Source of the DNA: a virus
Taxonomy: Duplodnaviria > Caudoviricetes
Direction: 5' to 3' (one strand)
IMG/VR virus record: IMGVR_UViG_3300027653_000031
Coordinates: 1 to 39,257 of that record
DNA length: 39,257 nucleotides
In this document: piece by piece, positions 33,192 to 39,257 of the stretch
Layout of the letters: each line of letters begins with the position of its first letter
How positions within the stretch are numbered: the first letter of the stretch is position 1
The notes under the pieces: generated by a model
Databases searched by the model: none
Told to the model about the DNA's origin: nothing
The model's input: the letters and a program-made list of their open reading frames with translations, nothing else
Program-made: the position numbers and the translations under genes

Positions 33192-33281
33192 TTAGCCCGT
33201 TATGATGGCTGATACGTAGACTAATGTTATCGGCAATATAAATAATACGATCATGACGTAATCATCTGATTTGTATCGCAT
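33192..33281 (-). CDS. 29-aa single-pass membrane peptide not in the ORF track (MRYKSDDYVMIVLFILPITLVYVSAIITG)
   Basis: AAGGAGG RBS 8 nt upstream of ATG. Confidence 0.6.
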   Translation of the reverse strand: MRYKSDDYVMIVLFILPITLVYVSAIITG

Positions 33282-33501
33282 ATGCATCGCCTCCTTACCG
33301 CGACGGCCACGCGGAAAACTTTTTATTATTAATTTTTGAAAGGAATTACTTGCCGACATATATACCTATATAAATACTTGTTTAATACCGTCTATACCTT
33401 TATACGAAAATAATTATGATGCTCGATTCCGACGAATGCGTAAGCATGAGTCGGTATCTTTTCTATGGTAAGTAGTCTATGTGTAGTCTATGGTATAGGT
33501 G

Positions 33502-33567
33502 TTATCATTTTGATAACATATAAGCATTATCATTTTGATAACATCTAGCACTTTATCAATTTGATAA
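33502..33567. repeat. three palindromic TTATCA-N3-TGATAA iterons (putative replication origin)
   Basis: copies at 33502-33516, 33527-33541 and 33553-33567, next to an AT-rich tract (about 33316-33420) and the initiator gene end. Confidence 0.75.
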
Positions 33568-33885
33568 CTTAGACAGCGTTTTATAATTGACCGCATACCA
33601 CATCGTCCTATCATATGCTCGCTTATTATAGTTGCCGGTAACAATTAAATCGGCGTCCTTTAGTCGTTTAAATATCCTTACTATTGTCGGCTTGCTCCAA
33701 AATGGAAAATGCTTTTGCCAATCGTCGTAAGAGTTATAAACCCATTTACGACCGTCTATCTCGTTATCGCTAATTGTCGATAAAAAGTGTATTTGCTGTA
33801 ATACAACCGCCTCGTTAAGCCCTATTTTTGACGCCAATGTCGGCGGCACTAATAGCGGGCGCTCGTCGATAATTAACTTGCTCAT
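33556..33885 (-). CDS. phage replication initiator, N-terminal winged-helix domain only
   Basis: LLV.P.LA.KIGLNEAVVLQQIH...GRKWVYNSY..W...FPFWS..TI.R...L...GNYNK...DRT.WY. Confidence 0.85.
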   Translation of the reverse strand: MSKLIIDERPLLVPPTLASKIGLNEAVVLQQIHFLSTISDNEIDGRKWVYNSYDDWQKHFPFWSKPTIVRIFKRLKDADLIVTGNYNKRAYDRTMWYAVNYKTLSKLSN

Positions 33886-33910
33886 TGTTTAAATAATCAC
33901 CTGCCTTACT

Positions 33911-33944
33911 CTATACACCCAAATCAGCGACGTAAATTGGGACA
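33911..33944 (-). promoter_or_regulatory. phage-specific promoter-like motif heading the replication operon
   Basis: TGTCCCA-N15-TTGGGTGTAT, ungapped alignment to the 26341-26380 copy. Confidence 0.65.
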
Positions 33945-33982
33945 AATATTATAAAGTTTAAATATTCCGATAATTAAAATAG

Positions 33983-34011
33983 TTGGAAAATACTAGTTTA
34001 ATAGTTATAAT
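33983..34011 (+). promoter_or_regulatory. sigmaA promoter for the moron
   Basis: TTGGAA-17-TATAAT. Confidence 0.55.
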
Positions 34012-34040
34012 AACGGTAAAAATTATTAGGAGTTGGTAAA

Positions 34041-34697
34041 ATGAATACAGTTGGAGGACTATTGGTTATCATATCATTAATACTCTTTATTAACGTATTT
34101 ATCCGTCTATATAAGCATCTACGTAAAGACGACAATATGTTGGCAAAAACTACGATAATAAGAGCCACCACCGCCATAGTTTTATTCCTTGCCGGGGGCA
34201 TTTTGATAGAAGATACTGACGAGACTGCCGCAGGAGAAAAACAAGATGAGCCGGTGGAGATGGGCGACGTACAGGAATTTAACGTAACGTCCGAGAACGA
34301 TATTGAGAAATTAATTATAGATATGTTTGGGGAAACCACCAATACTGGAGAAAAACGCGTTGAGGGGGTGGTTTATAACGAGGTTGATACGGATCCTTAT
34401 ATAGGACTTAATCTACATTCCGACGAAAATGTCACCACAAATCTCGCGCGATCGGGAATGTTGAGGGATTCACTAAAAATAATGGAGTCGCTACATCATA
34501 ACGGATATGTCGGCAAGTTTTACGTAGATTGGCGCTTGCCTTTGACAGATAAGTACGGCAATACCGAGCCAGGCAAAGTGATGTCGATAAACATTAGTGC
34601 GGAGAATTTTTCTAAGATTAACTTCGATAATTTCGACTATTTAAACTTACCGGATATCGCTGACGGATATTTTGAGCATTCTGGACTTAATGAATAA
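34041..34697 (+). CDS. membrane-anchored acidic protein (lysogeny moron)
   Basis: AGGAG RBS, two N-terminal hydrophobic segments, LTDKYGN motif, own promoter and terminator. Confidence 0.8.
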   Translation: MNTVGGLLVIISLILFINVFIRLYKHLRKDDNMLAKTTIIRATTAIVLFLAGGILIEDTDETAAGEKQDEPVEMGDVQEFNVTSENDIEKLIIDMFGETTNTGEKRVEGVVYNEVDTDPYIGLNLHSDENVTTNLARSGMLRDSLKIMESLHHNGYVGKFYVDWRLPLTDKYGNTEPGKVMSINISAENFSKINFDNFDYLNLPDIADGYFEHSGLNE

Positions 34698-34736
34698 AAA
34701 AGCCCTAGCGGAATTATCCGCCGAGGGCTTACTTTT
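34696..34736. terminator. bidirectional terminator between the moron and integrase
   Basis: A-run, AGCCCT..CGGA/TCCG..AGGGCT stem, T-rich flank. Confidence 0.7.
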
Positions 34737-34740
34737 ATCG

Positions 34741-35727
34741 CTAAAAACGTATGCGCAAGTTTTCCATCGGACTAAATCGCTCGTGCGCCCGCTTGGTATC
34801 CTCGCTAAACATATTGACATAGCGACGGACCATATCAAGCGTTTTATGTCCGAGTATCTTTTGTAGCGTGAACAAGTCCGCCCCATTCTGTACCGACATT
34901 TTCGCAAACGTATGCCGGAAAGTATGCGGACTGCATCTGACGTTGGTAATGCCCGCCTGCCGACCGTATTTTTCGATGCGACGCCTTACGCTGTCGCGGT
35001 TCATCTGCTCGTCATCGACCGTTATAAACAGCCAATCGACGTAAGAATCGCCGCGCGCGGCTATATAACGCTTTAAGATACGGATTGTCTGCGTCTGGAT
35101 CGGCACCAAGCGCTGCTCGCCGCTTTTGCCTGCGATTAGTATTTGCCGGTCGGCTAAGCGCACGTCGTCGACTTTTATATCGCAAAGTTCGCGTACACGG
35201 ACGCCCGTATCGAGGAATACGGACATTATCGCCAAATCGCGCAAGCCTACGAATAGTTTAGGGTCGGGCTGGCGGAATAGCTCGCGCAATTGATCGCGGC
35301 TAAATGTTTCGATAATCGGCGGCTTAGGCTCGCCTATTTTGACGTTATCAATCGGACTTTTATCGATGATGCCGCGCCCTTTCGCCCAATTAAAAAACGC
35401 TCGCAAAGCGCGCAATGCCGAGGCGATAGAAGCGTGTTTTAAGCGCCTTTCCTCCACTAGATACCTAACGTACTCGTCCTCGATTATCTCGCGCGTGATC
35501 GCCCTTAAATTCGTTTTTATACGCCTATCCTCTAGCGTATACATAAACCGAGATAACTGCGATTGGTAGTACGTGATGGTGTACTCGCTTTTATCGTCGA
35601 TTTTAAGGCCGCGCAGGAAGGATAGCATGCAATCGTAAAAATCATCGTCTATCGACTGGACTTCCGGTGCCTCGACATTGACCGTTGTCCTACGACGTCT
35701 GCCGTTTATATTCATAAAAAAAATCAC
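34741..35727 (-). CDS. int: tyrosine integrase
   Basis: DTGVRVREL, GKSG, SPHTFRHTFA, ILGHKTLDMVRRY (R-K-H-R-H-Y); start GTG 35727 or ATG 35715. Confidence 0.95.
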   Translation of the reverse strand: MIFFMNINGRRRRTTVNVEAPEVQSIDDDFYDCMLSFLRGLKIDDKSEYTITYYQSQLSRFMYTLEDRRIKTNLRAITREIIEDEYVRYLVEERRLKHASIASALRALRAFFNWAKGRGIIDKSPIDNVKIGEPKPPIIETFSRDQLRELFRQPDPKLFVGLRDLAIMSVFLDTGVRVRELCDIKVDDVRLADRQILIAGKSGEQRLVPIQTQTIRILKRYIAARGDSYVDWLFITVDDEQMNRDSVRRRIEKYGRQAGITNVRCSPHTFRHTFAKMSVQNGADLFTLQKILGHKTLDMVRRYVNMFSEDTKRAHERFSPMENLRIRF

Positions 35728-35766
35728 GCCCCCTTTCCGCGAATTTTTATCGCTTGAATAGGCGTG
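35716..35766 (-). terminator. terminator-like hairpin overlapping the int RBS and start
   Basis: CACGCC...GGCGTG stem with inner GCGA/TCGC, followed by T8 then ATG. Confidence 0.55.
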
Positions 35767-35869
35767 TTATCTGCTTTAGATTAAATCATGCGTACCGCAA
35801 TCGTATAAACTGACGTTAAGGTCGGCGTCTGATTGGCCGCAAACCTGCGTCGTTATTACGTTTTAAGAA

Positions 35870-35931
35870 TGGCGGAGAGCAAGGGATTTGAACCCTTGAG
35901 ACCGGGAACCGGTCTACATGATTTCCAATCA
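35870..35931 (-). other. attP core: 3' half of tRNA-Ser(GGA)
   Basis: minus strand TGATTGGAAATCATGT-AGACCGGTTCCCGGTCT-CAAGGGTTCAAATCCCTTG-CTCTCCGCCA (anticodon loop, long variable arm, T arm, acceptor 3' strand, CCA); no 5' half; next to int. Confidence 0.9.
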
Positions 35932-35940
35932 ACGATAGCT

Positions 35941-35969
35941 AGATTACGACAATTAGGTCGCTCTGTCAA
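35941..35969 (-). promoter_or_regulatory. sigmaA promoter P2 facing the att core
   Basis: TTGACA-17-TAATCT. Confidence 0.65.
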
Positions 35970-36058
35970 GCGGATTGACTAGCTGTGACGGTGCGCTAAA
36001 CTGATCGCAAGGTCGCACGATTGATTGAAGCGCCTATAAAAGCGAATCGCTAGATTAT

Positions 36059-36087
36059 ATATTAGTAGGGATGCGCCGAAATGTCAA
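36059..36087 (-). promoter_or_regulatory. sigmaA promoter P1 facing the att core
   Basis: TTGACA-17-TAATAT with an A/T tract upstream. Confidence 0.7.
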
Positions 36088-36094
36088 TTAAAAT

Positions 36095-36120
36095 AAAAAA
36101 AGGGCGCTTAACTGCGCCCC
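36095..36120 (-). terminator. terminator of the late/lysis operon
   Basis: GGGCGC-AGTTAA-GCGCCC followed by T-run. Confidence 0.8.
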
Positions 36121-36171
36121 TCTCACTCATTAATATTATAACATAAGGGCAGGCATAACGCCCGCTCTTTT

Positions 36172-37041
36172 TTATTTTAATCGCCTGTTAACCTCGGATC
36201 GGACTTTTTGATACGTCGCATTATCGACTCCTAACGATTTCCGACGCTGTGCATGTCCGACGCCATGTTTGCCTTTAATGACCTCTGTTGCCATTTGACT
36301 AATCGTCTTTTTTGGTTTTGACGTGGAAACCTTTGCCCCATCACGTAAAATACGTAACAACTGTAGGTTTTGACTTGCTGTACCTGTGTAGTTTTTAATG
36401 CCGTGTTTCTGTGCCAACTTTTTACGGTGATTAAAAGATGATGGTTGTCCGATTGATTGTAAATACTCAACAATACTATTGCCTTTATACTTTGTTTTTC
36501 GTGGTTTAGACGGCTTTTTAGTAGGTTTAGATGTGTTTGTACTACCCGTTTTTTTATCGCTTAATTTAGCCTTAAAATCATGCCACGTGACGCCTTTATT
36601 ACCTGCCCGTAAATAACGAGGGCAATCCTTTCCGCTTGTTTTGTTGTGCTGAATAACATTGTCAGCGCTAATAATATACTTGCCTATTAAATGCTTAGTT
36701 AATTTAACAGCATTATCGACCGCCTTTTTAAAATCTCCGTCGCTATTTACGCAAATCTCGATTCCGATCGAATTTTGATTGTAGTATTTGTTGCCCGCAT
36801 GCCAACATTGTTTGTTGTCGTCAAACGACTGTATAATCTCTTTGTCGTCTACTTGATAGTGCCACGAAGCTTGTCTGCTGTTTCCACTTGCTTGTAATCG
36901 TGCGTGTGCGTTAGCATTAGCGCCCTTACGTGTGTTTGCCGTTTCGTGTATGACGATGTAGCGCTTCGGATTCTTGTCGCCGTAAGTTACGCGCGAGGCT
37001 ATCGATGGGCTGACGAGATGCTTTCGTATTTTATTGCTCAT
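36172..37041 (-). CDS. endolysin, N-acetylmuramoyl-L-alanine amidase (Amidase_2) with cell-wall-binding domains
   Basis: IVIHETAN, ASWHYQVDD, WHAG, SIGIEICVN, VIQHN...KDCP; C-terminal SIVEYL...YTGTASQN and Cpl-7-like MATEVIKGKHG.G..R. Confidence 0.95.
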   Translation of the reverse strand: MSNKIRKHLVSPSIASRVTYGDKNPKRYIVIHETANTRKGANANAHARLQASGNSRQASWHYQVDDKEIIQSFDDNKQCWHAGNKYYNQNSIGIEICVNSDGDFKKAVDNAVKLTKHLIGKYIISADNVIQHNKTSGKDCPRYLRAGNKGVTWHDFKAKLSDKKTGSTNTSKPTKKPSKPRKTKYKGNSIVEYLQSIGQPSSFNHRKKLAQKHGIKNYTGTASQNLQLLRILRDGAKVSTSKPKKTISQMATEVIKGKHGVGHAQRRKSLGVDNATYQKVRSEVNRRLK

Positions 37042-37316
37042 TACTTATCGCCCTCCTTACGCTTATTTTCCGCCTTTAGTTCGCGCATCTTAGCCGTACC
37101 CGCGTGCGCTTCCGGCGTTACGTCGTTATTCTTCCAAGTCGCCCAAAGCGTCGCTATAACGGTAAATGTCGTCGATAAGAACGCCTCGATTTCCGCCGAT
37201 GTGAACGGAACGGGCGAGATGCCGAAAGCCACCAAAAACTGATTAATGAGCGCAATAAAAAGCACCGCCAAGCGCAGCGCTGTCTCTTTCGTGATATACA
37301 ATTTGCCTAAACGCAT
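37041..37316 (-). CDS. holin, SPP1 family
   Basis: R..VL.IALINQ.L..FGISP.P ... WKNN.VT; coupled to the endolysin by TAATG. Confidence 0.9.
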   Translation of the reverse strand: MRLGKLYITKETALRLAVLFIALINQFLVAFGISPVPFTSAEIEAFLSTTFTVIATLWATWKNNDVTPEAHAGTAKMRELKAENKRKEGDK

Positions 37317-37337
37317 AAATATCATCTCCTTTTCGAT

Positions 37338-37607
37338 TTATAAAAATAATATAATTAACGATACGACGGCGACTATCCAACCGCCCCACTCGCGAATCGC
37401 TTTGCCGACTGATTGCCGTCCTTCCGCTCGCGCTTCCATATCCTCGACTTTCCGCTCGACATCCGCTAACTCTTCGCGCAATCCGTTGTATTGTCGAATC
37501 ATCGTACGCGTCTCCCGCATTTCCGAGCGTAGGTCGCGAAATTCCGTCTGCATATCGTTTATCTGTTCGAATAAATCTTTGTTCGTGTACCATTGATTAT
37601 CTCCCAA
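37338..37607 (-). CDS. XhlA/BhlA-like lysis accessory protein
   Basis: coiled coil plus C-terminal transmembrane helix just upstream of the holin. Confidence 0.7.
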   Translation of the reverse strand: MGDNQWYTNKDLFEQINDMQTEFRDLRSEMRETRTMIRQYNGLREELADVERKVEDMEARAEGRQSVGKAIREWGGWIVAVVSLIILFL

Positions 37608-37737
37608 AGTTGACCACCGCCTTATAATATGTTAATATTCGCAATAAGCCGTCGTTTAGCGGATACCGCCGCCGCGACGGGTTAGGGCTGGCGTTGTGTG
37701 ACCGTTCAACCCTTATGTATTTCGTTTAATCCGCGCT

Positions 37738-39096
37738 TTATAACGCGTCCAAACGCTGCTTAATGTCGTCAATTTCCGCCTCAATATTAGAGACTCGCGC
37801 ATCTAGCGCGCTAACTTCCGATTCGACCTCGCTTAACCTAGAATTTACGCCGACTAACTTACCATCCGTATACGCGTTAGCCTGCGAAACAGCCTCGCTT
37901 ATTGCCGTCGTAATATCGCCGTCGCTCGCTTTATTATTCCAGTTATCCCGCTCATTTTGCGTTATATGGCGCACGTTGTCCGTTAAATGCGCCTCTAACT
38001 CGCCGCGCCCTTCGTCAACTTTACGCGCTACCGTACGGACTTGGCGGTCAGTATTCGCTAATCCTCGCTTGACCTCGCTGATTTGCGATGTTAAATTCGA
38101 TTGATAACGTCGCGATAATTGCTCCGTGCCAAACGTTAATTTAGTGTCGATAATATTTCCGCGCCAATCTCGCGTAATAACCGACTGTACGACGCGTACA
38201 TCGGCGTCTAAACCGATGCGTTCGTCGATAACGAATACGCGGTCGCCTAGCTCCGGTATCCCCTCGTAGCCTTGTCGTCGTAAGCTCGCGATGTCCGCGC
38301 TGACCGAAATCTTAATCGAGTTGTCAACGATAGATTTAAGCTCGGCGTCCATCGTGTTAATGTCCTTTATCCGACCATCCTTAATTGGCGGGGCATGACG
38401 CTCTCCTATTCCGGGGACATCTGCGAGGGGCGAGCGGTATTCGCGGATTAGTTTAGCGTCCTTCCAATCCTCGCCACCTTCTCCGTCGCCATAATCGCCA
38501 TAGCCCCTCACGTATGTATACATCGCCGACGCGTCCGTTTCTTGCGTAATATTATTCGCGTTAAGTCGATAGCGGTATTGGAAATTAGTATCGTTTCCGA
38601 TTAACTTTTCGAGATAAACCGTATTACCTACAATACGGAACTCGGCGCGGTATCGTTCGAGCGCTCGCTTAAACATTTCAAGGCGAGTTTCTCCCCCGCC
38701 TAAGCCTTGCCATTCGATCGCCGTGAAATCGTCTACGAGTACGAAGTTAAATTTGGTGTCGGAAAATATACGCGAGAAACAAAGATGCGCCGTCATATGT
38801 TCGTTATATTCTTCGTAAATTCTAAGCGTGTCAAAATCGTCTAGGAATCGCGGAACCGCCTTAATTTCCACTACCAACTTATCACCCTCACCTCGCCGTT
38901 TAACGTAGACGATTTTATGCTCAACGTTATCGAAATCATATATCGACCACATTTCCGCGATGTTGTCGATGAAATAACGGTTTGAAGCTGTCGGTGTAAT
39001 AATGGCGGACAGTGTTTGGTTTCCATTTAGTTCGCGTTCGGAAATTGACGAGCATTGGACGATGTATTCATTATCCGATAAATCCTTGACGTACAT
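37738..39096 (-). CDS. Tal-type tail protein (prophage tail endopeptidase family) with coiled-coil C-terminus
   Basis: ELNG..TLS, TYVRGYG, G.RHAPPIKDGR, ELGDRVFVIDE.IG; ATG 39096 after AAGGAGGT RBS. Confidence 0.88.
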   Translation of the reverse strand: MYVKDLSDNEYIVQCSSISERELNGNQTLSAIITPTASNRYFIDNIAEMWSIYDFDNVEHKIVYVKRRGEGDKLVVEIKAVPRFLDDFDTLRIYEEYNEHMTAHLCFSRIFSDTKFNFVLVDDFTAIEWQGLGGGETRLEMFKRALERYRAEFRIVGNTVYLEKLIGNDTNFQYRYRLNANNITQETDASAMYTYVRGYGDYGDGEGGEDWKDAKLIREYRSPLADVPGIGERHAPPIKDGRIKDINTMDAELKSIVDNSIKISVSADIASLRRQGYEGIPELGDRVFVIDERIGLDADVRVVQSVITRDWRGNIIDTKLTFGTEQLSRRYQSNLTSQISEVKRGLANTDRQVRTVARKVDEGRGELEAHLTDNVRHITQNERDNWNNKASDGDITTAISEAVSQANAYTDGKLVGVNSRLSEVESEVSALDARVSNIEAEIDDIKQRLDAL

Positions 39097-39140
39097 AATT
39101 GACCTCCTTTTCAGGGATTTCATTATGACACAGTATGTTC

Positions 39141-39257
39141 CTATTGTTTTACTGTACAAAATATACATTCACAGGATTTCAAATGTACAGTCTTTAGGGG
39201 TTGATGCTCTGTGCCATCGTCTCCATAATCTATTATTTTATATTTGCCAAAATCATA
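39141..39257 (-). CDS. 3' end of an unidentified gene entering from the right edge
   Basis: frame open from the edge to TAG at 39141 (...YDFGKYKIIDYGDDG...CECIFCTVKQ). Confidence 0.35.
   Translation of the reverse strand, partial: YDFGKYKIIDYGDDGTEHQPLKTVHLKSCECIFCTVKQ

Noticed and set aside
33502-33567. Fur box
   Set aside because: Half-site orientation and spacing (TTATCA-N3-TGATAA) differ from the TGATAAT-N-ATTATCA Fur site; location fits iterons
33998-34342. Minus-strand 114-aa ORF
   Set aside because: Shadow of the plus-strand moron, which has a promoter, RBS and terminator
35870-35965. Complete phage tRNA-Ser gene
   Set aside because: Homology stops within the anticodon stem; no D arm or 5' acceptor strand (GGAGAG) is present upstream, so it is an att core
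1140-38104. Numerous plus-strand ORFs in the track (e.g. 2706-3056, 18623-19099, 19422-19871, 20113-20556, 24843-25448, 37763-38104)
   Set aside because: Antisense shadows of well-supported minus-strand genes; Ser-rich, with no evident RBS or motifs
38380-38420. Additional copy of the TGTCCC promoter motif in the tail gene
   Set aside because: The downstream GG..TAT element is missing at the conserved spacing

Overview
This window is about 39 kb of a temperate tailed phage of a Bacillaceae-type host. Almost all genes are on the minus strand. In transcription order (right to left) it holds: a Tal-type tail protein; a lysis cassette (XhlA/BhlA-like protein, SPP1-type holin, Amidase_2 endolysin); an intact attP whose core is the 3' half of tRNA-Ser(GGA); a tyrosine integrase; a plus-strand membrane-protein moron; a truncated replication initiator with an iteron origin; DnaC-like loader, DnaB-like helicase and primase; a repressor/sigma-factor divergent switch; SSB, family A DNA polymerase, two-domain beta-clamp, exonuclease and RuvC; a class Id-like ribonucleotide reductase with the ATP-cone on NrdB; dUTPase, ThyX and dNMP kinase; several free-standing endonucleases; and a methylation island of three methyltransferases plus a phage MetK. 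Phage genes flank the tRNA half on both sides, so the sequence looks like the excised or virion form. Highlights: (i) tandem sigmaA promoters firing into the att core, which could keep a host tRNA operon expressed after integration; (ii) a four-copy phage-specific promoter motif tied to a sigma-like gene; (iii) a SAM-synthetase-coupled methyltransferase cluster with a multispecific C5 MTase and interleaved antisense cassettes; (iv) a switch-like structured leader on the SSB gene. All product calls rest on motifs read by eye; no database search was run.
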